The notes beneath the pieces are model-generated. The model worked only from the letters and a program-made list of their open reading frames with translations, was not told the DNA's origin and made no database searches. Shown here in pieces: positions 54,746 through 64,000 of a stretch of DNA of 64,000 nucleotides (position 1 is the first letter of the stretch; every line of letters starts with the position of its first letter). Origin of the DNA: Sphingomonas sp. GTDB lineage: Bacteria > Pseudomonadota > Alphaproteobacteria > Sphingomonadales > Sphingomonadaceae. Location of the stretch: contig JBQCHQ010000025.1 in the NCBI GenBank assembly GCA_051954515.1, forward strand, positions 52,774-116,773, written 5' to 3'. Made by a program: the position numbers and the translations under genes.

Positions 54746-57100
54746 GTGACGCGCAGGACTTCCCAATTCGCTCAGCCGCGTATCAACACGCGCGCGTTTC
54801 TGGGCCTCTACGACCCCACGGATTCGACCGATTGGGGTCCGATCCGCGCCGCCCAGCTCCACGCAGGCCGCGATTTCGCGCTGTTCCTGGTCGGCGCGCA
54901 TCTGCTCAGCGCAGCCATGGTCGTCGCCACATTGGCGCCGCATCGTCCCCTGGCGCTGCTCGCCGCGTGGGGCGCGGCGGTCGCCGTCGCGGCGGTCGCG
55001 GTCACCATCCGTCGCCTCGCCGAACGCTACCGTGATCTCTACACCGCCGACGTCGGCGAGGTCCGATCGAGCGCGCTCGACGGCATCCTGCTCGGGCTGC
55101 TCTGGGCGATCGTGCCGATCGGCTTCGGCATGACCGACAATCCGGCGACCGCGCTCGGGCTGTGGATCATCCTGTCGCTACTGATGACGGCCTGCGCGGT
55201 CGGCCTAGCCGGGCTGCCGCTCCCCACCCTCGCCTTTCTCGGTATTCTCGGCACCGCCGTGGCGGCGATGCTGTACCTCAGCGTCGGCGCATTGCTCGCC
55301 GGCGCGACCTTGCTGTTCACCGTGCTGCTGATGATCGGCTGCTTCACTCGCGGCCGCCAGCTCGTGGTCATCCGCGCCCAGGAAATCGCCCTCGGCGAAC
55401 GCGACGAGACCGTCAGCCTGTTGCTGCGCGATTTCGAGGAATCGGGATCGGACTGGCTGTGGGAAGTCGATTCGAGCCGCCGCATCGTCCGCGCCTCCCC
55501 GCAATTCTGCCACGCCGTCGGCCTCGATCCACTTACCGTCAATGGCAAGGCCTTCCTGGAAATCCTCGCCGGCCCGACCTGGGAAAGCGGCGACTTCTCG
55601 GCCGGCCTCCGCGAGCTCGACAAGAAGCTCAAGGGCCGCGACAGCTTTCGCGACCTGCTGCTCCCCGTCTATGTCAAAGGCGAGGAGCGCTGGTGGGAGA
55701 TCGCGGCGAGCCCGCGGCTCGACGAATCGGGTGCCTTCATCGGCTTCCGCGGCGTGGGTTCGGACGTCACCGAGGCGCGCGCCTCGGCCGACAAGATCAG
55801 CCGCATGGCGCGCTACGACGCGTTGACCGGACTGCCCAACCGCTTGCTCATCAACGAGACGCTCGCCCGGGCGATGGCCGAGGCCGACAAATGGGGCGGG
55901 CGCTGCGCCTTCATGATGATCGATCTCGATCGCTTCAAGGCGATCAACGACACGCTCGGGCATCAGATCGGCGACCGCCTCCTCGGCCGCGTCTCCGAAC
56001 GTTTGCGCCACCTCGTTGGCGCCAATGAAATGGTCGGGCGCCTTGGCGGCGACGAATTCGCGGTCGTGATCGGCGACGCCGCCGATGCCGAGCGAATCGA
56101 AACGCTCGCCGACGCGATCATCGAATCGTTGTCACAGCCTTATGAGGTCGATCAGCACACGCTCTATATCGGCGCCAGCGTCGGCGTCGCGCAGGGCCCG
56201 CGCGACGGCCGAACCGCGGAGATGCTGATCCGCTCGGCCGATCTCGCGCTCTATCGCTCGAAGGATGGCGGGGGCGGCCATTTCCGCCTCTACGATCCCC
56301 AGCTCCACGTCCAGGCCGAGGAGCGCCGCGTGCTCGAGATCGCGCTCAGGCAGGCGCTCGAGAATGGTGAGCTGCACCTGCAATATCAGCCCGTCGTCGC
56401 CGCCGGCACCGGCGCGCTCAAGGGCTTCGAGGCGCTACTGCGCTGGACGCATCCCGAGCACGGCGTCGTCTCGCCCGCGAAGTTCGTCCCGATCGCCGAG
56501 GAAGCGCGCCTGATCGCGCCGATCGGCGAATGGGTATTGCGCACCGCCTGTCAGGAAGCCGCGCGCTGGCCCTCGCACATCCGCGTCGCCGTCAACGTTT
56601 CGGCCGAACAGCTCTACAGCCCCAATTTCGTCTCGACCGTCACGTCGGCGCTGAGCCATGCCGGCCTCTCCGCCGAGCGGCTCGAGATCGAAGTCACCGA
56701 AAGCCTGTTTCTGCGCGAAGGCACCAGTGCCATCCTCGTGCTCGAACGCCTGCTCGATCTCGGCGTGCGCTTGAGCCTCGACGATTTCGGCACCGGCTAT
56801 TCGTCGCTCGGCTATCTCTCGCGCACGCGCTTCTCGACGATCAAGGTCGACCGCAGCTTCGTCCAGGAAGCCTCGAAGGGCGCACAGGAGGCAATCGCGA
56901 TCATCCGCGCGGTCGTGGCGCTCGCCGACAGCCTCGGCATGGCGACCACCGCCGAGGGCGTCGAAACCGAGCACGAGCATCGCATGGTGCAGCAACTCGG
57001 CTGCTCGAAGGTGCAGGGCTATTATTTCGGCCGGCCGCTGCCCGTCGAGGAAGCCCGCGCGATCGCCAATCGCGGCTATGAGCAATCCGCCGTCGCCTGA
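54746..57100 (+). CDS. Membrane-bound PAS-GGDEF-EAL diguanylate cyclase/phosphodiesterase
   Basis: N-terminal TMs, DWLWE PAS domain, DALTGLPNR, GGDEF, EALLRW, DDFGTGYSS, EGVE. Confidence 0.94.
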   Translation: MTRRTSQFAQPRINTRAFLGLYDPTDSTDWGPIRAAQLHAGRDFALFLVGAHLLSAAMVVATLAPHRPLALLAAWGAAVAVAAVAVTIRRLAERYRDLYTADVGEVRSSALDGILLGLLWAIVPIGFGMTDNPATALGLWIILSLLMTACAVGLAGLPLPTLAFLGILGTAVAAMLYLSVGALLAGATLLFTVLLMIGCFTRGRQLVVIRAQEIALGERDETVSLLLRDFEESGSDWLWEVDSSRRIVRASPQFCHAVGLDPLTVNGKAFLEILAGPTWESGDFSAGLRELDKKLKGRDSFRDLLLPVYVKGEERWWEIAASPRLDESGAFIGFRGVGSDVTEARASADKISRMARYDALTGLPNRLLINETLARAMAEADKWGGRCAFMMIDLDRFKAINDTLGHQIGDRLLGRVSERLRHLVGANEMVGRLGGDEFAVVIGDAADAERIETLADAIIESLSQPYEVDQHTLYIGASVGVAQGPRDGRTAEMLIRSADLALYRSKDGGGGHFRLYDPQLHVQAEERRVLEIALRQALENGELHLQYQPVVAAGTGALKGFEALLRWTHPEHGVVSPAKFVPIAEEARLIAPIGEWVLRTACQEAARWPSHIRVAVNVSAEQLYSPNFVSTVTSALSHAGLSAERLEIEVTESLFLREGTSAILVLERLLDLGVRLSLDDFGTGYSSLGYLSRTRFSTIKVDRSFVQEASKGAQEAIAIIRAVVALADSLGMATTAEGVETEHEHRMVQQLGCSKVQGYYFGRPLPVEEARAIANRGYEQSAVA

Positions 57101-57150
57101 AACCGCTATTGCCCGCCTTGCGACATGGCGCTACAGGCGCGGGCGGCTGC

Positions 57151-57227
57151 AGGGGTGTAGCTCAGCTGGTTAGAGCGTCGGTCTCCAAAACCGAAGGCCC
57201 TCGGTTCGAATCCGAGCTCCCCTGCCA
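57151..57227 (+). tRNA. trnW: tRNA-Trp (CCA)
   Basis: Cloverleaf: D arm gctc/gagc, anticodon stem tcggt-CTCCAAA-accga, T loop TTCGAAT, encoded CCA; U6-U67 mismatch in the acceptor stem. Confidence 0.95.
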
Positions 57228-57249
57228 CCTTGCATATTGGGGTCGCTCC

Positions 57250-58023
57250 TTACCCCTGGTTTGGTTCGGCCATTTTGGTGTGCATCTTGGCCAGCACGCT
57301 ATCGGGCGTGATGTGCGACAGCGCCGCCTGCAGCTTGTTCGAAAAGCCCGAGACGATGTGCGCCGAGCCGTCCTTCATCGCCTCCCACCCGTCGGCGGCG
57401 ACCTTGGCCGGATCGGCTTTTTCCTGCTCGCCGACCGGCGTGTCGAGCATCCCCGCGCGGCGGAAGAATTCGGTCTCGGTCGGCCCCGGCATCAGCACCG
57501 TGACGCTGACGCCGGCATCCTTCAGCTCCTCGCGCAGCGCATAGGAGAAGCTGTCCAGATAGGCCTTGGTAGCATTGTACACCGCCTGGAAGCTTCCCGG
57601 CATCAGCCCCGCGATCGAGCCGGTGATCAGGATCCTGCCGCTGCCCTGCCGCACCATCGCCCGCGCGACCTTCTGCAGCAGATAGGTCGTGCCGGTGACG
57701 TTGGTGTCGATCACGCGGCGCCAGTCGGCCGGGTCCTGATCGATGAAGGCATGGCCGAGCCCGCGCCCGGCATTGGCGACGAGGACGTCGATCGGCCGGC
57801 CCTGTGCCGCATCGAGCAGCTTGTCGTTGCCCTCGAAGGTGGCGAGATCGGCCTCGACTGCCTCCACCGAAACGCCACTCTGCCGAAGCTCGCCCGCCGC
57901 TGCGTCGATGCCGGGCTCATCCGCGACGAGCAGCAAGTCATAGCCGTCCTTCGCCGCCAGCTTCGCGATTTCCCGGCCGATGCCGGTCGAGGCGCCGGTG
58001 ACGATCGCCAGTCTGTTCGTCAT
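57250..58023 (-). CDS. SDR family oxidoreductase
   Basis: TGASTGIG, ANAG, YNATK, MPGPTET; SD GAGGAG. Confidence 0.9.
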   Translation of the reverse strand: MTNRLAIVTGASTGIGREIAKLAAKDGYDLLLVADEPGIDAAAGELRQSGVSVEAVEADLATFEGNDKLLDAAQGRPIDVLVANAGRGLGHAFIDQDPADWRRVIDTNVTGTTYLLQKVARAMVRQGSGRILITGSIAGLMPGSFQAVYNATKAYLDSFSYALREELKDAGVSVTVLMPGPTETEFFRRAGMLDTPVGEQEKADPAKVAADGWEAMKDGSAHIVSGFSNKLQAALSHITPDSVLAKMHTKMAEPNQG

Positions 58024-58040
58024 GTCGCTTCTCCTCTGTG

Positions 58041-59228
58041 TCAGGCCGCCGCGGCCATGCCCGGCTTGAGCACGACCTTGGTGCAGTGGTTCTGGTCGTT
58101 CTTGAACATCTTGTAGCCCTCGGGCGCCTGCTCGAGCGGCAGGCGGTGCGAGATCAGGAAGGTGGTGTCGACCTCGCCCTCGCCGATCATCTCCATCAGC
58201 CTGGGCAGGTATTTCTGGACGTGGGTCTGGCCGCTTTTCACCTGCAGCCCCTTCTCCATCAGCGCGCCGATCGGGAATTTGTCGACGAAGCCGCCATAGA
58301 CGCCGGGCAGCGACACCCGCCCGCCCTTGCGGCAGGCGATGATTACCTGGCGCAGCACATGCGCGCGATCGGTGGCCATGAAGGTCGACACCTTGAGCTG
58401 GTCGATCGCATTGTCGAGGAACATGCCGTGGCTTTCGAGGCCGACCGCGTCGATGCAGGCATCGGGGCCGATGCCGCCGGTCATCTCCATCAGCGCGTGA
58501 TAGGTGTCGGTCTCCTCGAAATTGATCGTCTCGGCGCCGAACCCCTTGGCGAGATCGAGCCGGTGGGGGAAATGATCGATCGCGATCACCCGGTGCGCAC
58601 CGAGCTTGAACGCCGATTGCACCGCGAACAGCCCGACCGGGCCGCAGCCCCAGACCGCGATCGTGTCGCCCGGCTCGATGTCGCAATTCTCCGCCGCCAT
58701 CCAGCCGGTCGGCAGGATGTCGGAGAGGAACAGCACTGTGTCGTCCTCCAGCCCGTCCGGCACGACGATCGGGCCGATGTCGGAGAACGGCACGCGGACA
58801 TATTCGGCCTGCCCGCCGGGATAGCCGCCGGTCAGGTGCGAATAGCCGAACAGGCCGGTCATCGGATGGCCGTAGAGCTCCTGCCCCATGTCGGCATTGT
58901 CGGCGGGGATTGAATTGGCGCAGGCCGAATATTGCTGCTTCCCGCAGAAGAAGCACTGGCCGCACGCGATGACGAAGGGCACGACGACTCGCTGCCCCTT
59001 TTCGAGCGTGCTGGCGGGGCCGGTCTCGACCACCTCGCCCATGAATTCGTGACCCAGGATGTCGCCGGCCCGAAGCGTCGGCATATAGGCGTCGTAGAGA
59101 TGGAGGTCCGAGCCGCAGATCGCGGTCGAGGTCACCTTGATGATCGCGTCGCGCGGGTTAATGATCTCGGGATCGGGATGGGTGTCGACGCGGACGTCGT
59201 GCTTGCCGTGCCAGGTGAGCGCGCGCAT
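58041..59228 (-). CDS. Zn-dependent alcohol dehydrogenase (formaldehyde dehydrogenase-like MDR)
   Basis: [34 protein letters not shown]; SD GGAGG. Confidence 0.92.
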   Translation of the reverse strand: MRALTWHGKHDVRVDTHPDPEIINPRDAIIKVTSTAICGSDLHLYDAYMPTLRAGDILGHEFMGEVVETGPASTLEKGQRVVVPFVIACGQCFFCGKQQYSACANSIPADNADMGQELYGHPMTGLFGYSHLTGGYPGGQAEYVRVPFSDIGPIVVPDGLEDDTVLFLSDILPTGWMAAENCDIEPGDTIAVWGCGPVGLFAVQSAFKLGAHRVIAIDHFPHRLDLAKGFGAETINFEETDTYHALMEMTGGIGPDACIDAVGLESHGMFLDNAIDQLKVSTFMATDRAHVLRQVIIACRKGGRVSLPGVYGGFVDKFPIGALMEKGLQVKSGQTHVQKYLPRLMEMIGEGEVDTTFLISHRLPLEQAPEGYKMFKNDQNHCTKVVLKPGMAAAA

Positions 59229-59239
59229 CTCGGGCCTCC

Positions 59240-59782
59240 TCAGCTCTTGGGTTCGGGATTGGGCGGCGTCGTCATGGCGATCTCGCCCGTCTCGCAATAT
59301 TGCTTGAAGCGGCGAAGGTCGCGCCGCGTCTGGATCGACGGCTCCTTCTGCGACAGCTTGGCGACCGCCTTGCCGATGAAGCCGGCAGGCGGCCGATAGG
59401 CGATCGTCGCCGTCACCCAGGAGCCGCGGCCGGGCGGCGCGTCGCGGAACTCGACGCGGCCCGAATGCTCGACGTCGGCGCCCTCGGTCGAGCGCCAGGC
59501 GATCAGCCGACCTGGCTCGTCATCGGTGATGACGGCATCCCATTCGAGCTGCCCATTGGGGCCGGCGATCACCCAATGCGATCGCGCATCATCGATCCTG
59601 ATGACCGATACCACATTCTCCATGACCCGCGGCAGGTTCGAGAAATCGCGCCAGAAGGCATAGAGATCGGCACGCGGGCGATTGATCGTCTCGGTATGGC
59701 CGGAAACCGATCCCTCGCCCTCTTCGGCACGCCGATCGGACGATTTGGCCACGCGCCGAGGGGCATCGTCAGTCATCGTCAC
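59240..59782 (-). CDS. SRPBCC (cyclase/dehydrase) family protein
   Basis: [30 protein letters not shown]. Confidence 0.9.
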   Translation of the reverse strand: MTMTDDAPRRVAKSSDRRAEEGEGSVSGHTETINRPRADLYAFWRDFSNLPRVMENVVSVIRIDDARSHWVIAGPNGQLEWDAVITDDEPGRLIAWRSTEGADVEHSGRVEFRDAPPGRGSWVTATIAYRPPAGFIGKAVAKLSQKEPSIQTRRDLRRFKQYCETGEIAMTTPPNPEPKS

Positions 59783-59937
59783 ATCACCTCTCCTCGATTC
59801 AGAGCAGCGGACCAGATCTCTCTTTCACCCGATCCTTGGTGCGGCGACCGCGCTCATGGCCACCCAGGGCACATCGGCACCTAACCTATGTTATTGGTTT
59901 CAGGGCACGAAGGGCGAGCCTCGGCGCTTTTCCGATC

Positions 59938-59962
59938 AACAATTTCGCTCTGCGCCTGTTCC
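59938..59962 (-). promoter_or_regulatory. EcfG/SigT-like promoter (SRPBCC-ADH-SDR operon)
   Basis: Minus strand GGAAC-N17-GTT. Confidence 0.5.
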
Positions 59963-60096
59963 CCCGGCGTCGTGCTTTGCGACGAGCCGAGTGGATTGCG
60001 CCAACTAGCGGAGCACGAAGCCGGCTTCGAGGAGCCGCCCGTCACGCCGCTTGGGCCACGAATGCGCCATGTCGTGACACGCACAGGTCGGCCAGA

Positions 60097-60121
60097 GGAA
60101 CTCCCGAACGTCTCGAAGATT
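60097..60121 (+). promoter_or_regulatory. EcfG/SigT-like promoter (Crp/Fnr gene)
   Basis: GGAAC-N17-ATT, 26 nt before the ATG, with SD GGGAG. Confidence 0.45.
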
Positions 60122-60147
60122 GACATCGCGACAGGGAGTTCACCCGC

Positions 60148-60897
60148 ATGCACGATGTTCTCGCCCGGAAGCTCCAGGGATACGCGCCCTTGTCGCAGGG
60201 CGATATCGATGCGCTCGGCCATGTCTGCCGGCAATCGATCCGCACGGCGCGCGCGCGGCGCGACATCGTTCGGGAGGGCGATGCGCCGCGCAATGTCAAG
60301 CTGATCATCGACGGCTGGGCGATCCGTTATAAGATGCTGCCCGACGGCCGCCGGCAGATCGTCTCCTTCCTGCTGCCGGGCGATCTGTGCGATCTCAACA
60401 TCTTCCTGCTCGACGAAATGGACTATTCGATCGGCGCGTTGACTCCCGTCACCTACGCCGAAATGCCGCACGACCTGCTCGCGACGCTGTGCGACGACCA
60501 TCCCTCCCTCGGCCGCGCCTTGCGGCTGGAGAGCCTGGTGGTTGCCGCAATTCAGCGTGAATGGACCTTGAGCCTGGGCCAGCGTACCGCGCGCGAGCGC
60601 ATCGCGCATTTGTTCTGCGAGATTTTCGACCGGCTCGAGGCAGTCGATCTCACGGAAAACCATCGCTGCGAAATGCCGTTGACGCAGACCGATCTCGGCG
60701 AGGCGACGGGAATGACCGCGGTTCATGTCAACCGCACGCTGCAGGAGCTGCGCCGGGAGGGACTGATCGCCCTCGACAATCGTATCCTGACGACCCCGGA
60801 CCGCCAGGCTCTGGTGGCGGTCGGCATGTTCAACCCCAATTATCTCCATCACCGCAATCCGGCATATGAGGCGGCGTCCGTCGCTGCTGCGGAATAG
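60148..60897 (+). CDS. Crp/Fnr family transcriptional regulator
   Basis: DGRRQI..FLLPGD, ARERIAHL, PLTQTDLGEATGMTAVHVNRTLQEL HTH. Confidence 0.93.
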   Translation: MHDVLARKLQGYAPLSQGDIDALGHVCRQSIRTARARRDIVREGDAPRNVKLIIDGWAIRYKMLPDGRRQIVSFLLPGDLCDLNIFLLDEMDYSIGALTPVTYAEMPHDLLATLCDDHPSLGRALRLESLVVAAIQREWTLSLGQRTARERIAHLFCEIFDRLEAVDLTENHRCEMPLTQTDLGEATGMTAVHVNRTLQELRREGLIALDNRILTTPDRQALVAVGMFNPNYLHHRNPAYEAASVAAAE

Positions 60898-60962
60898 CGG
60901 ACGACGGCCTCGTTTGAGCGCCGAGCTGGCAACGACCGCAAACGCCGCGTCAGACGCGACGC

Positions 60963-61976
60963 TCAGGCGTCGGGGCTGAAGCTCGTCGGCTCGATGCCGC
61001 CGGCGCGATATAGGCGATCGACGATCTCGGCGACCCGGACGAGTTCCTCGGCAGCAGCGTCGAAGCGAGCGTCCTCAGCCAGCCGTTCTGCCCAGGCAAT
61101 GGCGGCGCGGCCGCCCCAATCGTCGAGCGGCGCAGCGAGCGCTTCGGTGGCGGTGCCGCGATAACGCTCGGCAGCGAAATCGTAGAACGAGCCGCCCAGA
61201 TTACGCAGCGCGGCGCCGCCGCCGGTTCCATAGAAGCGCGCCTCGATGATCGCGTCGCGGCCCGCCGGTAACCGCCACGAGCAAGCGAGCCGGATGGCGG
61301 CGCCCGATGCGGTGCGAAGCGTCGCCACGACATAGTCCTCCACCTCGGCAGGGTGTGCAGGCCGGCCGTTGCTGAACATGGCGGCATCTGCCGCGACGAT
61401 CTCGGGAAAGCCGAGCGTCCACAAAGCGAGGTCGATCAGATGGACGCCGAGATCGATCAGACAGCCGCCGCCCGAGCGCACGCGATCGTAGAACCAGTCC
61501 TTGTCCGGCCCATAGGCATTGTGGAAGACGAGATCGACCGCAAAAATGTCGCCGAGTTCGCCCGCGGCAACGAGGGGCGCGATCGCCTGCATCGCCGCGG
61601 TCAGCCGATAGGAGAAATCGACCGCGAGCAGCCGGTCTGCCGCGCGCGCCGCATCGACCACCGCGCGCGCCTCCGCCGCATTCCGGCCGAGCGGCTTCTG
61701 GCAGAACACCGCCGCGCCGCTTTCCAGCGCGCGGATCGCCTGATCGGCATGGAGTGCGCTCGGCGTGGCGATGACGATGCCGTCCAGACCCATGTCGAGC
61801 ATCGTCTCAAACGAGTCGATCACCCTTGCCGCCGGCGCCGCCCTCGCTGCCTCGGCGGCGCAGTCGGGCGAAGGATCGCAGAGCGCGACCGGCTCGATCG
61901 CACCGCTCTCGATCATCGCTGCCATGCGATGCCGGCCGATCCAGCCGGTGCCGAGAAAACCGACGCGCGGCCTCAC
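60963..61976 (-). CDS. Gfo/Idh/MocA family oxidoreductase
   Basis: GTG start; GFLGTGWIG, IATPSALH, CQKPL, GGGCLIDLGVH. Confidence 0.9.
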   Translation of the reverse strand: MRPRVGFLGTGWIGRHRMAAMIESGAIEPVALCDPSPDCAAEAARAAPAARVIDSFETMLDMGLDGIVIATPSALHADQAIRALESGAAVFCQKPLGRNAAEARAVVDAARAADRLLAVDFSYRLTAAMQAIAPLVAAGELGDIFAVDLVFHNAYGPDKDWFYDRVRSGGGCLIDLGVHLIDLALWTLGFPEIVAADAAMFSNGRPAHPAEVEDYVVATLRTASGAAIRLACSWRLPAGRDAIIEARFYGTGGGAALRNLGGSFYDFAAERYRGTATEALAAPLDDWGGRAAIAWAERLAEDARFDAAAEELVRVAEIVDRLYRAGGIEPTSFSPDA

Positions 61977-62932
61977 GTCAGCACCACCAGCGCCTTGACG
62001 AAGCTGCCGGGCTTGTCGCGCGTCGCGTCGAGCGCCTCGCCGAGCCGCTCGAGCGGGTAACAATGCGTGTAGAGCGGCGCCGGATCGAGCGCGCCGCTCG
62101 CCACCGCATTGATCGCCTCGCACAGTCCGCGCATCTGCGCCGCGCGGTCGCGTTCGTGGGCGTTGACCACGTCGATGCCCTTCCAGTTCCACATCTGCAT
62201 GTTCACCTGGCGCGGCCCGTCCTGATGATAGCCGGCGACGATCAGCTTGCCGCCCTCGCCGACGAGCTCGCCGGCGAGATCCAGCGGCCATTGCTTGCCG
62301 ACCGCCTCGATCACACGCCCGCAGAGGGCGCCATTGGTCGATTCCCTGACACGCTCGATGATCGCGTAGTGATCGTGCATCACGATCGTCTCCGCCGCGC
62401 CGTAATGCGCCGCGAGGTCGAGCGAGGATTGCCGCCGCGAGACGGCGATCACCCGCGCGCCGGCGTCGCTCACCAGCCTGGTGAGCACTGCGCCCAGAAA
62501 GCCGATGCCGATGATGGCGACGGTCTGCCCGGCGCGGATGTCAGCGCGACGGAAGATGTTGAAGGCGCAGCCGAGCGGCTCGCCGGGGAAGGGCTGGCCG
62601 TCGAGCTCGGCGGGAAGCTTCGCAACCGCATCGGCGTCGGCGAGGTCGTATTCGGCATAGCTGTGGTAGGACAACGCCGCGACGCGATCTCCGGGCCGCA
62701 AACCTTCGACGCCTTCGCCGAGCGCGTCGATCACGCCCCAGCCTTCGTGGCCGAGCCCGCCCGGCTCGCCGGGATAGGTCGTCCATTCGTTGCCGCCCCA
62801 CGGTTCGAGGTTGGAGGCGCACACGCCGCATCCTTCGAGCCGCAGCCGTACCTGGCCCGCGCCGGGCTGGGGCAGAGCCGTCTCGATCAGCCGCATAGCG
62901 CCGGGGGCCGCGAGAATCGCCGTGCGCATCAT
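61973..62932 (-). CDS. MDR/zinc-binding dehydrogenase
   Basis: GVCASN, GHEGWG, GIGFLG; lacks the structural-zinc Cys lobe. Confidence 0.88.
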   Translation of the reverse strand: MMRTAILAAPGAMRLIETALPQPGAGQVRLRLEGCGVCASNLEPWGGNEWTTYPGEPGGLGHEGWGVIDALGEGVEGLRPGDRVAALSYHSYAEYDLADADAVAKLPAELDGQPFPGEPLGCAFNIFRRADIRAGQTVAIIGIGFLGAVLTRLVSDAGARVIAVSRRQSSLDLAAHYGAAETIVMHDHYAIIERVRESTNGALCGRVIEAVGKQWPLDLAGELVGEGGKLIVAGYHQDGPRQVNMQMWNWKGIDVVNAHERDRAAQMRGLCEAINAVASGALDPAPLYTHCYPLERLGEALDATRDKPGSFVKALVVLT

Positions 62933-62945
62933 CGGCTCGCTCCTC

Positions 62946-64000
62946 TCATCGGGCCCAGCTCACGATCAGCCCGATGGTCGCGGCGAAGGCGGCGACGGTG
63001 GTGGTCCAGCCGAGCAGATTCGTGAGCCAATTGTTGGTGCGGGCGCCCATCATCCGCCGGTCGTTGGCCATCAGCATCATCATGAGCAGCAGCGGCGGCA
63101 CCGAGAAGCCCTGCACGATCCCGGACCAGACCAATGCCCGCATCGGATTGAAACCAAGGAAATTGAGCCCCACGGCGAGCGCCGTCACGATCAGGATGAC
63201 CGCGTAGAACAGCTTGGCCTGAGTCAGACGCGCGTGGAGGTTGCCCTCGCCGCCGAATGTCTGGACGAGATCGTAGGCCGCGCCGGTGGTCATCACCGGC
63301 ACCGCGAGAAAGCCGACGCCGACCACGCCCAGCGCGAACAGCAGCTTGGCCCCCGCGCCGGCGAGCGGCTCCAGCGCGGCGGCGGCCTGCGCGGCGCTGT
63401 CGATCTGCGTCTGGCCCGCGGCGTGGAGGGTCGCCCCGGTCGACAGGATGATGAAATAGAGGATCAGGTTCGAGAAGATCATGCCGACGATCACGTCGCG
63501 CCGCGTCCGCGCGAGTTCGTCCGAGCTCGCGCCGCGGCGCTGCCACGGATGGCGCTTGCCCTCGGCGATCTGGTCCTCGACCTCCTGGTTCGACTGCCAC
63601 GTATAGACATAGGCCGAGAGCGACGTGCCGATGCACGCGACGATCATCATCATGAGCTCGCCCGACCAGCGGATATCGGGCACGAAGGTGCCGCGCAGCA
63701 CCGCCGCCGGATCGGGCCGCGCCAGCACGGCGGCGGCGACATAGGCGAAGAGCAGCAGCGCGAGCCAGCGGAAGACGCGGCGGATGAGGTCGTAGGAGCC
63801 GACCAGTTGCAACAAGGTGACCGTGATCGCGACCGCGACGACGATCAGCGCGAAGGGCAAGGGCAGCAACAGCCGGATCGCCGCCCCGATGCCGCCGAGA
63901 TTGGCCGCCGCCTCGATGATGTTGCCGGCAAAGGCGCAGGCCGCGAGCGGATAGAGCAGCCAGGCCGAGTAGCGGTCGTGGATCGCCGCGAACAGGCCCT
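62946..64000 (-). CDS. NRAMP-family divalent metal transporter, 3' part; start lies outside window
   Basis: AGNIIEAAANLGG, GTSLSAY..WQS..EVE, AAAALEPLAG; multi-TM. Confidence 0.85.
   Translation of the reverse strand, partial: GLFAAIHDRYSAWLLYPLAACAFAGNIIEAAANLGGIGAAIRLLLPLPFALIVVAVAITVTLLQLVGSYDLIRRVFRWLALLLFAYVAAAVLARPDPAAVLRGTFVPDIRWSGELMMMIVACIGTSLSAYVYTWQSNQEVEDQIAEGKRHPWQRRGASSDELARTRRDVIVGMIFSNLILYFIILSTGATLHAAGQTQIDSAAQAAAALEPLAGAGAKLLFALGVVGVGFLAVPVMTTGAAYDLVQTFGGEGNLHARLTQAKLFYAVILIVTALAVGLNFLGFNPMRALVWSGIVQGFSVPPLLLMMMLMANDRRMMGARTNNWLTNLLGWTTTVAAFAATIGLIVSWAR

Overview
GC-rich alphaproteobacterial chromosome segment; gene content points to Sphingomonas or a close sphingomonad (inference). 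Left to right: a patatin (partial) and an EEP nuclease/phosphatase; a lower-GC putative toxin-immunity pair behind a LexA-like box; a ~17 kb exosortase A (PEP-CTERM) exopolysaccharide locus with an ACP/ligase/decarboxylase/hydrolase tailoring module; trxB; a YdeP-mobA-fdhD molybdoenzyme operon; ornithine decarboxylase plus a deoxyhypusine-synthase-like gene (probable homospermidine synthesis) with a structured leader; MAPEG, MFS, and an EF-hand/two-component module; GH130-SDR, selO and astD; the cobA-DUF2849-cysI-DUF934-cysH operon; dnaB, GH25, cdd, aat, NDUFA12, a cold-shock gene, recX, an FAAL and a GGDEF-EAL gene; tRNA-Trp; and a stress-type accessory block. About 15 palindromic REP/MITE-like elements of five families are present, with no transposase or CRISPR. 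Best leads: (1) an apparently SOS-controlled orphan polymorphic nuclease toxin with a phage-like KFNPxHD..GRF N-terminal motif and its immunity gene; (2) a pseudoknot/uORF leader that could sequester the ornithine decarboxylase SD; (3) palindromic insertions at three cys-operon junctions, each spanned by an open frame. All calls come from reading the sequence; no database searches were run.
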